A stretch of 64,000 nucleotides of DNA, taken from assembly GCF_036365525.1 (NCBI RefSeq), contig NC_090411.1, positions 36,589,065-36,653,064 on the forward strand, given 5' to 3'. The DNA comes from Heterodontus francisci. Lineage: Eukaryota. A model generated the notes under the pieces. That model searched no databases. It saw nothing but the letters and a program-made list of their open reading frames with translations, and was not told the origin of the DNA. The translations under genes and the position numbers were made by a program. Positions 23,870 to 36,187 of the stretch are shown one piece after another. Positions within the stretch are counted from its first letter, which is position 1. Each line of letters starts with the position of its first letter.

Positions 23870-24475
23870 CACTGTCAGAGGGTCAGTACTGAAAGTGCTG
23901 CACTGTCGGAGGGTCAGTACTGAGGGAGTGCCGCACTGTCGGAGGGTCAGTACTGAGGGAGTGCTGTACTGTCGGAGGGTCAGTACTGAGGGATTGATGC
24001 ACTGTTGGAGGGTCAGTACTGAGGGAATGCCGCACTGTCGGAGGGTCAGTACTGAGGGAGTGCTGTACTGTCGGAGGGTCAGTACTGAGGGATTGATGCA
24101 CTGTTGGAGGGTCAGTACTGAGGGAGTGCTGCACTGTCGGAGGGTCAGTACTGAGGGAGTGCTGTACTGTCGGAGGGTCAGTACTGAGGGATTGATGCAC
24201 TGTTGGAGGGTCAGTACTGAGGGAGTGCTGCACTGTCGGAGGGTCAGTACTGAGGGAGTGCTGTACTGTCGGAGGGTCAGTACTGAGGGATTGATGCACT
24301 GTCGGAGGGTCAGTACTGAGGGAGTGCTGCACTGTCGGAGGGTCAGTACTGAGGGAGTGCTGCACTGTTGGAGGGTCAGTACTGAGGGAGTGCTGCACTG
24401 TCGGAGGGTCAGTACTGAGGGAGTGCTGCACTGTCGGAGGGTCAGTACTGAGGGATTGATGCACTGTTGGAGGTA
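23870..24475 (+). repeat. 33-bp minisatellite (GAGGGTCAGTACTGAGGGAGTGCTGCACTGTCG) amplified from a SINE
   Basis: About 18 tandem units that run directly into a SINE body. Confidence 0.95.
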
Positions 24476-24770
24476 CTGTCTTTTGGAAGAGACGTTGAAT
24501 CAAGGCCCCATCTCCCCCTTCACAGGTGGACATTAAAGATCCCATGGCACTATTTCCTAGAAGAGCAGAGGAGTTCTCCTGCTGTCCTGGATAATATTTA
24601 TCCCTCAGTCAACATCACAGAAACAGGTTATCTAGTCATTATCATATTGCTGTTTGTGGGATCTTGCTGTGTGCAGTTTGGCTGCTGTATTTCCTACATT
24701 CCTACACTTTGAGTAATTCATTGGCTGATGATCATGAAAAGCGCTTTAGCAATGCAAGAGTTCTTTAATA
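24476..24770 (+). mobile_element. Deu-domain SINE body (SacSINE1/AmnSINE-like)
   Basis: GAGACGTTGAATCAAGGCCCC...AAAGATCCCATGGCACTATTT..GAAGAGCAG...ATCATATTGCTGTTTGTGGGATCTTGCTGTG...TTGGCTGCTGTATTTCCTACATT matches the recalled Deu-domain consensus. Confidence 0.75.
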
Positions 24771-25239
24771 TATAAAACACCAACAAAAATAAATAAAACA
24801 AGTCATCTCATTGGCTTCTGACTTTGGAATTCTGACATTTCCCTAAAGAGAGGAACCAGTGATAAACAGCCAGCTATCAATCCACAGAAACTTTCCTCAG
24901 CACCATGATTAGCCTCATGCTGACCACACAATGTGCATAAGTGGACCCATGTCCCTAAAGGCAGTGGATAAGCAGAGGCCTTAAAGGTACAGGCCAGGCT
25001 GTATACCACGGTGCTGCTGTACCACGCATTGTATAAAAAGCTTAAAGAGGTGCGAGTCTGATGAATGAAATGATTTGCAACGTTACGTGGAGTAAAATTC
25101 GATTTGCTAATAGCAAATGACAGGCTACGATCACAGGTTGGAATTAAAGCCGGAGAGTGGCAGGAGTAGCTCCTCGAAACATATCCAGTTCATAAGATCA
25201 TAAATAGGAACAGTTAGTGGCTCATTGCACTTAGATCTA

Positions 25240-25470
25240 TAATCATAGATGAATCATAGAAATTTACTGCACAGAATGAGGCCATTCAGCCCATCGAGTT
25301 TGAGCCAGCTAAAAAAGAGCTATCCAGACTAATCTTACTTTCTGGATCTGTTCCGTAGCCTTGTAGGTTATGGCACTTCAAGTGCCTATGGAAGTACTTT
25401 TTAAATGCGGGGAGAAATTTCTGCCACTACCACCCTGTCAGGCCTGTGAGATCCAGACCTTCACCACCCT
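25240..25470 (-). mobile_element. CR1 3' fragment
   Basis: Reverse complement of a CR1 tail (GAATCATAGAAATTTACTGCACAGAATGAGGCCATTCAGCCC) and an RVVKVW-like motif. Confidence 0.65.
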
Positions 25471-25784
25471 CCGGCTCCATTCTGTGTGTTTACCAATACA
25501 GCAGCTTTCTCTCAACCTCTGCTGTTCCTTGACAATTGTGAGTGAGCCGTCACAGATTTCCTTGTCTTTGCATACCAGTTCCCACAAATTCCCTGCCTCG
25601 ACCCAATCTGTCCCCCACCAGCCTCCCTCTCCAGTTCCCAACCTCCCCCTCCCCCCAGCCTCCACCTTTTCCCCCGCCTTCCCCTTTGTTCCCTGCCTCC
25701 CTCCACCAAGTAAGATTGTGTTAAGTTTTTAATTTGATTGATCCCCTGGTTTACAGGCTCTGCCGTGCAGTGTGAAGAAGCAGA

Positions 25785-27357
25785 ATGTCTGAACAACTTC
25801 ACAGCATCAACCTTCAGAATTTCAGCAGGTCGCTACTGGAGACACTCAACTCCCAGCGTCTGGGTGGCCATTTCTGTGATGTAACGGTACGGATCCACAA
25901 CACAGCGCTTCGAGCCCACCGCTGTGTCCTGGCTGCTGCTAGCCCCTTTTTCCACGATAAACTGTTGTTGGGTTACAGTGAGATTGAGGTTCCACCCCTA
26001 GTCTCGGCCCAGACTCTGCGGCGGCTGGTGGATTTCATGTACAGTGGCTCGCTGATGGTTTCTCACGTGGAGGCTCTGCAGATCCTCACAGCAGCGAGTG
26101 TCCTTCAGATTAAAACCATCATCGACGAGTGCACACGCATTATTTCACAAAATGCCCCACAAAAGACTCAGGGACTCCAGCCATTCGTCAGCCAAAAGAT
26201 GGACCTTTCTGATGAAAAGGAAGCCATTATTTGCCAAACAGTCGGTGACCAGATCCACAAGTTTCCCATGGGACTGATTGAAACAGCGTTATCACCCCAT
26301 GCAACTGAGAAAGAGTTTGACTTTGTGCGCGGAGGTACAAAGAACATGACAACAAGTGATGTAGGGTATAAAGCAGAAGAAATCAGCCCCACACTGAGCA
26401 GACAGCTACCATCTGCACTTCCGAAGGGAGCTGGAGAGCAGGCCATGTCTGACCAGGAGAACCTGTCTCTGATAGATACCAGCCGTAACAGCGAGGTACG
26501 TGCACTGTGGTACAACACCGCGGCCAATCAGAGGCCGGAGATGCCATTGTTACCACAAGGTAGCCATAGCCGCAAGCAGCGTCAGCCAATCCGGCTCCAA
26601 ATGGCAGACGGAAGTCAAGTGACCATCAAGGAAGAAGATGATGATCTTCTTTACTGCGGGGAGAGCATTTCCAGAGCAACTGTCTCTGATCAATCTACCG
26701 AGCACATCAACCAAGGTGAACGGACTGAGGATATCTCCGAGACAAACACATTTGACCCCAACCAGAGTGCAATGGGGGAACGAAGAGACTCTGCCAGTCA
26801 TTTGAGTTTGAGTGGCAAAGGGGACGAGTTGGAATTTTTCAACGCGAGTGACCTCTTACCAGAGGAGCTAAAGACCTTTTGGCACGGAGAGAAAGAGGAG
26901 AAGGAGACATCCTTACAACAAAACCGGAAAGCAGACTGCAAGTCCCAGCTTGATGCTTCCTTCCCACGGCCTTCAACGTTTATGCAAGAATTTCTCCCAG
27001 GATCTGCCATGCAGTCCAACCCACGGAACCAGGGCTGCTCCATGCAGTATGACGTTCAAGGAGATGCCACTGCAGCCAGCACTGCCAGTCACCGCAACCT
27101 CTTCCAAATGAGCCTTCCTCAGTCTCCTCACCTTCCGCCTTTGCCCTCCACCTCCCAGACATGTCTGCCCAGCATTTCAGTTCAGCCACCATGCCAGAAC
27201 CCCCCAGTGTTCGTGGATGCGGGACAGGCAGTGTCAGCTCCTTCTCAGGCCAGTCAGAGTTCCGGTGAAACTGAACGGAAGCCTTATGGATGTGCGCAAT
27301 GTGGGAAGACCTTCAGTTCGAGACAGAACTACGCCAAGCACATGTTTGTGCACACAG
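25785..27357 (+). CDS. ZBTB45: ZBTB45 main coding exon (BTB/POZ, linker, first C2H2 finger)
   Basis: Acceptor TTTACAG| at 25756. BTB LQNFSRSLLETLNSQRLGGHFCDVTVRI..LRAHRCVLAA.SPFFHDKLLLG matches ZBTB45 (paralog ZBTB20); finger CAQCGKTFSSRQNYAKHMFVH; donor ACAG|GTGGGT. Confidence 0.9.
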
Positions 27358-27509
27358 GTGGGTTGATCATTATTACCCCTTTTATTTAAAATCATTCTTT
27401 CTGTAGCTCACTCCTTTTCCATGTGCTATTTCTTGGATGAGTGACGGAGAATAAAAAGCTCCCTCCCAAACTTTGTTAGTCATTTATTTTCAGTTTTTTC
27501 CACTCCTCC

Positions 27510-27990
27510 CTTGAAGCTGCTGACTCTCACTGGGATACAGTTCCTGAAGGTGCTGACTCTCACTGGGATACAGTTCCTGAAGGTGCTGACTCTCACTGGG
27601 GGACAGTTCCTGACACTCACTGGGATACAGTTCCTGAAGGTGCTGACTCTCACTGGGATACAGTTCCTGAAGGTGCTGACTCTCACTGGGATACAGTTCC
27701 TGACTCTCACTGGGATACAGTTCCTGAAGGTGCTGACTCTCACTGGGATACAGTTCCTGAAGGTGCTGACTCTCACTGGGATACAGTTCCTGAAGGTGCT
27801 GACTCTCACTGGGATACAGTTCCTGAAGGTGCTGACTCTCACTGGGATACAGTTCCTGAAGGTGTTGACTCTCACTGGGATACAGTTCCTGAAGGTGCTG
27901 ACTCTCACTCGGGGACAGTTCCTGAAGGTGCTGACTCTCACTGGGATACAGTTCCTGAAGGTGCTGACTCTCACTGGGGGATGGATTCCA
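27510..27990 (+). repeat. 33-bp minisatellite (TGCTGACTCTCACTGGGATACAGTTCCTGAAGG) in the ZBTB45 intron
   Basis: About 15 units; reverse complement of the 41480-44700 array. Confidence 0.95.
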
Positions 27991-29019
27991 TGGGTGCTGA
28001 TTCTGACTGGGATATAATTTTCATGGGCAGTGATTCTCACAGGTAAACAGGTTCCATTTGCAATGCCTCTCACTGGGGTACAGGTTCCAGGGGAGTGACT
28101 CACTGGGCCCAGGATATGCCGAGGCTAACTATAACACAGAGCATCTCTCAGCCGACTGCAACTAATGACATAGACCAAGAGTCAGACTATGAACCTTTAG
28201 GCTTTGTGGCTGCTGCTTTTACCTATTGGATAAAGAAAGAATGTAGTCAGGGCGGGGAGTCTGTAAAAATCAATCACTTTTATCCAGAATGATTTTGTGA
28301 ATTTGAGCAGTAACTGTATTTGGTATCTATTCCCCTAACTACAGTTATATGGAGAGTAACTGAGGATAGCTAGCTGTCTTAGCACATTAACATCAAGCTT
28401 GTGTTTTTAAGGTTCTGTGGAATCTGTTGATAGCAGCACTGCTCGTACATTATTGAGCATCTTTACTGTGTAGCTGTGTCTGAAGCAATTGCAGCCAGCT
28501 CTGGGGATCGGCCAGTGAGAAACCAGACAAGATGAGGTTTAACTGCAGATAGAAGTGGACAGAATGTGAATTCCAGGGAAATGTGGATGTTCTCATGGGG
28601 TTAAGGTGAGCAGAGGGAGAAGTGTGCAAGGTGTCAGGTGTGTCAGAGACTGTCCCTGTTTAGTGCCCCTGCTGTCAACAAGAGAGAAAGATGCCAGGAT
28701 CAGGATCACTGCTGTAATACAGGCTGGAAAACAGAGAAGATGTAAATTAGGGTGCTTGGGTTTTGAAAGCCTGTATGTTGGAGGGAGAGAGGTGAAAAGT
28801 TTTGCAGTTTTGAGGTCTGGGAAAGAATAGGTTGGAGTAGGAGAGGGTGTGAAGAACGCAGAAGAAGAACATTGCTGTAGAATAATGGGTTGATAATGTT
28901 TAAAACTGTCAATCCCTCAAGCACAATCACCATTTAGAGTAGCATGGTACTCTAGAGGTAAACTGGCTGCCATTGCCAGGTACTTGAAGTCCTGGCTCAG
29001 AGTTACTAATTGTGTATTT

Positions 29020-29340
29020 TTTCCCTTGATACCATTTCTCCTCTCCTGAAGATGCTGAGTTTCACTGTGGTAAGTAACACAGGGGCCGGCTGCCCTCCAG
29101 AGCTAGTCCAAACCATCACACCAATTTCCAGCAGGGGTGACTAGACAGTGATCAGGAATAGGAGCCTTGGCTGGCTTTTCCCCTCTCCCTAGCCTGGGAT
29201 GCTACATCCCCCTCCCCTCCCCACCACCCTGATGCTGCCGGATTACTCACTCAGCTCAGGCTGGGAATGAAAAATGTGAATTTGTGCACAGTCTGGCTCA
29301 TTGTTGCACCAGTGACACCTTCACGCATTCAGCCATCAGT
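29020..29340 (-). mobile_element. Old unclassified SINE copy containing single-copy precursors of two minisatellites
   Basis: 29043-29072 is 24/30 identical to the 33-mer unit; 29140-29172 (reverse complement) resembles the GGTTCCTGCTCCTGTTCACTATCC unit. Related copies lie at 29905-30250, 31260-31500 and about 33090-33270. Confidence 0.6.
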
Positions 29341-29441
29341 TTACTACTTACCGAATGGTTTTTAATGATGTTCATTTTCTGCAGTTGAGGTCTCTCTTCT
29401 GTGACTTACTGATTTCTTTTCTCTCCCCACCTCCTCTGCAG

Positions 29442-29698
29442 GTGAGAAACCCCATCAATGCAGCGTGTGTTGGCGGTCATTCTCGCTTAGGGACTACTTG
29501 ATAAAGCATATGGTGACACATACAGGAGTGCGAGCGTATCAGTGCCCGGTGTGCAATAAACGCTTCACGCAAAAGAGCTCCTTGAACGTGCACATGCGGC
29601 TGCATCGCGGCGAGAAGGCCTTCGAGTGTCATGTCTGTAACAAGCGTTTCTCTCACAAGACTCTGCTGGAGAGGCACATGGCCACACACATTATATAA
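29442..29698 (+). CDS. ZBTB45: ZBTB45 last coding exon (C2H2 fingers 2-4)
   Basis: Acceptor CTCTGCAG|G; [55 protein letters not shown]...[12 protein letters not shown]; stops after four fingers in total (ZBTB20 has five). Phase-compatible, total 609 aa. Confidence 0.92.
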
Positions 29699-29904
29699 GC
29701 ACATGTGGGCCAGGCTGAGCCAGGTAAATCCCACCCATACTGGATTTACCTGGGATAATAATGCGTAGCAAGCAAACCCACGCCCAGCACACCGAGGGGT
29801 TTTACCCAGAGATATAAACCAGCTACAGTGTAAACACAGGATGGGGCGGGGGTGGTGGACACCGCATTCCTCCCCCACCCCCAAAAAAAAAAGCAAGGAA
29901 TCTC

Positions 29905-30250
29905 CCCACATAGCTCAGTGAGTTGATGCACTACCTGGGTCATACTGAGACAACACAGAGCAGAAGGGAGCCTGGTTTGGTTCCCATTCTGTGTTAAGTT
30001 AACTAATCTCAGCCTGTAGCAATGCCAGAGTTGGCCTTAGTGACTATGGGTTAGGGAGAGGAGAACCAGCAAGTGTTCACTACCCATTAGAAGATGTGTT
30101 GATGTTGAATGTGGATATGATTGGGTTCAGCCATGATGCCCCTCACAGCTAAATAGTCCACTGACATTTTTTGTCCATGCTCTCATTCGGGCCAAGGTAT
30201 CCTGGAACCCTAAGGGGTGGGGAGGTTTTCAGAGCACCAGGTGGGTAAAA
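29905..30250 (+). mobile_element. Old tRNA-derived SINE copy in the ZBTB45 3' UTR
   Basis: A-box-like TAGCTCAGTGAG head; body TGTGTTAAGTTAACTAATCTCAGC...GGTTAGGGAGAGGAGAACCAGC is antiparallel-similar to 29020-29340. Confidence 0.5.
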
Positions 30251-33200
30251 TTCCTGCACTGAAGGGTCACAAACCCACTTTAAATAAATGGATTAACAGC
30301 ATTGTTAAAATTGTACACAGGAACTTGACATAACATTGATCACTGTAGTAAAACTAATAGCTAGAAACATCTGGGCATTCAGTGAGTGTTTAGAGAAGCA
30401 GTATTGATGAATCTCCTCCAATTCCAAGGCTTGTTATGGCAGCTCCTCAGATTAATTGAGGTCAAGCTCCAGTTACAATTTTTTATTTAATTATTAAAGT
30501 AATAAATGGAACAGCCAGCTAGTTCAGCTATGCCTTTCTTAATGTTTTTAAACACTGCCTGAAATATTTAATTTATCAATTAATAAGCTAGAGTCCAGTT
30601 CTCTAATGTGTTTAGGTGATTAGGTATTGAGAGTAAAATCCATCCTTGTTGTCCAGATCCCAGCTTGTCCCACTGTCTGTTCTCACTGCCTTCTCGGTTT
30701 GGCTAAAGTTGCCTCATTGCATCAATTACCTGCAATATGTTAAGAAAAAAATTCAAGCCTGAAAGTGCACGGAACTGTGACCCTGGCAATTCCATAGCGA
30801 TCACACCCGTTAGATCCACCACTGTCCCAGTTGACTTTCTAGTGTCGGTGGAGCTTCCTTCATTTGCATATCAGTGGTGGGCATCCTCAGTTCCTCCTCA
30901 TCAAATGCTGCATACTGTAGTGATTGATCCTAGAGGGGGAGAGGAGACTGTCTACTGGGTTCACCCTCTCCCTGGTGCCACAAAGACCCAACAAGTGATC
31001 CTTGGTAATGGGCAGATTTTTTTTTTTAAAACACACTCCCAGCCTGGCTTCCCAGTTGGTACTTGTATGTTCTAAGGAAACTAGGTACACCACGTTATAC
31101 CACTGGCAGGCCTCTCCCAGAGCTGGTACTGTGGAGGACCCAGCCCCACTCCCTCTCATCACTGGCCACATAACAAGCCAGTGGAGGCCCTCAAAGCCTG
31201 CTCTATCCCCTGCGCGGGGTTGGACCTAGTGTATCTTAAGTACTGGACTAATTTCCGGTGCATTAGTGAGAGGAAAGTTAGCTAGTGTTCCTGCTCCTGA
31301 TCATTACCCCGAGACCCTCGATTGTGGAGATGCTGGGTGAGAACAGGCTCTGGATAGCCTGTGACCATCTCTTAGCCATCCTGCCAACACTAACTGTTTA
31401 GATCACATAAATAGGGCTACTTGAGGTAGTGAATAGTTGATACCTGCTGCCAAACACAAACATGAGACTACCTTTATAGGAGGAGGGAGAAACATGAAGG
31501 AGCTGGGACAACTTCAGTTAAAAAGCTTCAGTTTGATTCTCTGCAAAAAAAATGATGTAGAAATATGTGTATTACTGTGTCTTAGTCTGTGTGTGTTGGA
31601 AGATGAATTGTGTTTATCAGTTCTGAATGAGATTCCAGTCCAGCCAGACAGTAATAGTGGGTAACATTTTCAGTAAAGGAGGTAAACCGTAATACACAGG
31701 GAGGGATTCCAGTCTCTATCTGACCTCCAAAGAGAAATGGAGGGTCTGTCAGAGAGCTGATTTCCCTGCATTACTCCCTCTTCCTGACAAACCTGTTTCA
31801 GCTGTGTCTCTGATTCTGGCAAAATCCTGATCTACACCATTGCTGGGCTTTACAATTAGATCTACAACAGTTTCTCTATAGTACCAGAGATCCAACAATG
31901 CTGGGTTTTACAACCCTATGCTGGGCTTTGGTTTCCAATCCAGCACCACGTGCTGTGCTCCATAGTGCCAGGTCTAGAACTGTATGCTGCACCCAGTGGT
32001 ATCACTGATGATTGAATGTTTTCCAAGAATGCATTTCTATATATTAGTTACAATAGATTTGAGCGGGGGGAGGTTAGGTAATGAACCATTGCCTGATTCT
32101 ATCAGTGGACTAACGCCTTGTGTATGAAGGTTAGAATTGGGTACTATGTGAAATGAGAAAAATTCTGTCAGTTTCAAATCAATGACCAAACGGTTCTTTT
32201 AGTGACTGGAACACTATCAATGCTGCTAACAATATTTAATATTTTAAAATATCCCAGGCCTATGTACTGAGAGCAGGTCATTCCTAAGTAGTGTGATACT
32301 GTAGAGGTTCTTCAGGCAAATCTTTCTCTCTTTTCACTAAAGAGATCTCTAACAAACTCTTGATTGTCTTTGCCTTGTCCTCTCCCTGTCTACCTGTCAT
32401 TTTGTCATTGGATTTGCTTCCTCCTAATGCTGCCTCATCTAATCCTGTTACAGAGCCCATATCGCTGTACTAAAACCATATCAGCTCCACTAGTATGTCA
32501 GTGGGTGAATTCTATGCCAGGTGGTGCACTGCCCCACACAGATGAGGTGGTCCCAGCTTCAAGCACCGGTTTGTGCTCAAAAACCTGTCAGGGCTCCTGC
32601 TACTGATCTCCATTCACTGCCTCCTGCTGGATAGTGAGTGCATGGCTACTTAGAGGGCAGTGTTTCCTGTCATTTTCCTTCGATGTGTGTGGCCTGTTTG
32701 TTGCACGATGCAGTACGTTCCAGATTGCTGCACTGCTGCACATCCGTGCAGCGTAGAAGGAACATTCGAGGAGGGGAGTGTCACGAGGCCCCAGGGAGTT
32801 GCTGGTCCCCATCCAGCAAGAATGCCTGCCTTCAGGAATGAGGGGAGAGATAACTTTATTTATTCTAGCGTCAATAATTCTCTCCCCCAGCTCTCCATAC
32901 TTATCATGTGGGAATAGTGGGAGCATAGGATTCTCTCCCAGTTCAACTGCTGGATAAACTTGCCTCTCTTTGTGAGAAGGATGTGAGTTGAGGCTGAGCT
33001 GTGAGCTTTCCTAGCCAGTAGTTGAACTCTGGATTGCGGTTGCTGGGTTGGATTGGCCAGTACAGGCGTATTCTCGAACATTCAGTGTCACACTGAAACC
33101 TGATACTTGCTGTGCTACATCTTGCTTCTAAACCACTTCCATGGACCTTCCTGTATCTTGCATAAGTGACCCTTATTCATATCTGAGCCTAAGTGATGAG

Positions 33201-33549
33201 CATCAGTGCACTATTCAACTGTAGAGGGCATGCCCAATTCTCTCCCAGCCTCCATTTAATCCTGATTGTAGGGTCCGAGCTGTGGTCAGCTACCATGTGT
33301 CAATCCTGGGCCCTCCAGCTCTGTGCGTCTCAGCTACTCTGAATAAACTCACAGAGACATCAGGGTTGCTGCCTAAAGAAATGCAAGGATGGGGAGTGAA
33401 GATGTTGATGCAAGGATGTACAGTAAGGAGAGAAAGTAAGAAGGAAGAAAAACTAAAAGGATTAGATAGCAAAGAGCAAGAGGTGTTTAATTAGGCCAGG
33501 TGATGTGGGCAGAGAAAGCTATGCTAAAATTAACCTCAGTGCTCCTGAT

Positions 33550-34045
33550 GGAGGGTTCTTGCTCCTGTTCACTATCCTGGGTTCCTGCTCTTGTTCACTA
33601 TCCAGGGTGTTTCACTATCCTGGGTTCCTGCTCTTGTTCACTATCCAGCGTGTTTCACTATCCTGGGTTCCTGCTCCTGTTCACTATCCAGGATGTTTCA
33701 CTATCCTGGGTTCCTGCTCTTGTTCACTATCCAGCGTGTTTCACTATCCTGGGTTCCTGCTCACTATCCAGGGTGTTTCACTATCCTGGGTTCCTGCTCC
33801 TGTTCACTATCCAGGGTGTTTTACTATCCTGGGTTCCTGCTCTTGTTCACTATCCAGCGTGTTTCACTATCCTGGGTTCCTGCTCACTATCCAGGGTGTT
33901 TCACTATCCTGGGTTCCTGCTCCTGTTCACTATCCAGGGTTCCTGCTCCTGTTCACTATCCAGGGTGTTTCACTATCCTGGGTTCCTGCTGCTGTTCACT
34001 ATCCAGCGTTTTTCACTATCCTGGATTCCTGCTCCTGTTCACTAT
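33550..34045 (+). repeat. About 43/36-bp minisatellite (CCTGGGTTCCTGCTCTTGTTCACTATCCAGGGTGTTTCACTAT)
   Basis: Tandem units; resumes in degenerate form at 41205-41390 after nested LINEs. Confidence 0.92.
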
Positions 34046-34199
34046 CATAGAATGGTTATGGCCATGAAGGAGGTCATTCGGCCCATCGTGTCTGTGCCAG
34101 CTCTCTGCAACAGCAACTACCAGGTTCCACTCCCCCACCTTTTCCCCATAGCCCTGCATTTCTTTCTCTTCAGTGGCCTTTTTCTGTGCCGTAAATTTT

Positions 34200-35550
34200 C
34201 TATAACTTCCCATGATTCTATGAAAGCATGAGGACATTCCTAGTAACTGCAGTTTAAACATTGGTGATGGGTAAGGTTTAAGAAACAATAATCAGGGAGA
34301 AAATCAACAGGCACCTGGAGAGGTTTGAATTAATTCACGAGGGTCTGCTCCGATTTGTAAAAGGCAGATCGTTCTTGACTAATTGAATTTTTTGATGAAG
34401 TAACAGAAGGTTGATGAAGGGAAAGCAAGTGAAGTTGTCTTTATGGATTTTAGGAAAGTGTTTGACAAAATACCACATAAACGGCAGTTTAACAAAATTG
34501 AGGCTCATGGAATAGGAGGGTCAACGTCAGCTGACGGAAAACAGCGAGTTGGGATAAATGTTTTTCAGACTGGAGGACAGTAAACAGTGGTATTCCCCAA
34601 GGGTCAGTGCTAGGACACAGCTTTTTTGATATATATAAATGACTTGGATTTGGATTACAGAGTAGAATTTCAAAATTTGCCAATGATACCAAACTTGGAG
34701 GTGTGGCAGACAGTGAGGATGATACCAATCGACTGCAACAGGACAGTGATAGGCTAGCAGAAAGGGCAGGCAAATGTTAGATAGAATTTAATACAGAGAA
34801 GTGTGAGGTGATGCATTTTGGCAGAAGGGATAGGGAGAGGCAATATAGACTAAATGGTAGAGTTCGAAAGAGCGGGTAGGGACGGAGGGACCTAGGGGTT
34901 CATGTGCACAGATCTTTGAAGGTGGCAGGAAGTATTGAGAGAGTAGTTAGCAAAGAATATGGGATTGGGGTTCATAAGTAGAGATATTGAGTATAAAGCA
35001 GAGAAATTATGCTGAACCATTATAAAGCTCTGGTTAGGCCACAACCCAGTTCTGGTCACCACACTTTAGAAAGGATGTGAGGGTCCTTGAGAGGGTGCAG
35101 AGGAGATTTACCAGAATGGTTCCAGGGATGAGGGAATTTAGCTACAAGGTTAGGTTGGAGAAGCAGGGGTTGCTCTCCTTGGAACAGAGGCAGTTGAGGC
35201 CTGATAGAGGTGTACAAGATTATGACAGGTTTAGATAAGAGAGACAAAGAAAAGCTGTTCCCATTAGCTGATTGTACAAGGACTAGGGGACACAGATTTA
35301 AGTTTTGGGCAGGAGATGCAGGGGGAATGTGAGGAAGAACGCAGCAAGTGGTAATGATCTGGGACTCGCTGCCTGTAAAGGCGGAGACGATCAATGATTT
35401 CAAAAGGAAATTGGATGGGAACTTGGGCGAAATAAACCTGCAGGGCTATGGGGATTGAGTGGGGGAATGGGACAGACTGGATTGCTCTAGGGAGAGTCGG
35501 CATGGACTCAATAGGCCGAATGGCCTCCTTCTGTGCCGTTATGATTCTGT
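34200..35550 (+). mobile_element. CR1 LINE 3' portion nested in the minus-strand CR1
   Basis: Degenerate RT (SGIPQGSVLG, KFANDTKL); tail GGCCGAATGGCCTCCTTCTGTGCCGTTATGATTCTGT. Confidence 0.85.
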
Positions 35551-36187
35551 AAGATAATTATCCAATTCGCTTTTGAAAGCCATGATTGAACCTGCCTTCA
35601 CCACACTCTCAGGCAGTGCATTCCAGATCCCAACCACTCGCTGGTTCAGGATCTTTCTGCCCATGGGAACAGTTTCTCCCTATCTACTCTGCCCAGACCC
35701 CTCATGACTTTCAACACCTCTATCAAATCACCTCTCAACCTTCTCTTTACAGAGAACAGACTCGGCCTCTCCAACCCATCTATATAACTAAAGTTCCTCA
35801 TCCCTGGAGCCATTCTCGTGGCTCTTTTCTGCATCCTTTCTAAAGTATGCTGCCCAGAACTCCTGTTGAGACCAAATCAGTGTTTTATACAGGTTTATAA
35901 TAACTTCCTTGTTTTTGTACTCTATGCCTCCATTTATAAAACCCAGGATCCCATTTGCTTTATTAACCGCTTTCTCAATCTGCCCTGCCACCTTCAGTGA
36001 TTTGTGCACATATACCTTCAGGGCCCTCTGCTCCTGCACCCACTTTAGAATTGTTCCCTTCAATTTATATTGTCTATCCTTGTTCTTCCTACCAAAATGA
36101 ATCACATCCGCAAATTTTGAAATAGTGCCCTGTACACCCAAGTCTAGGTCATTAATATATATCAAGAAAAGCAGGGGTCCTAACACT

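Noticed and set aside
23883-24545. Repetitive Cys/His ORFs (HCRRVSTEGVL)
   Set aside because: 33-bp SINE-derived tandem repeat, not a zinc finger.
25785-29698. Calling the BTB gene ZBTB20
   Set aside because: The BTB sequence (LQNFSRSLLETLN.QRLGGHF), four fingers and linkage to RPS11 favour ZBTB45.
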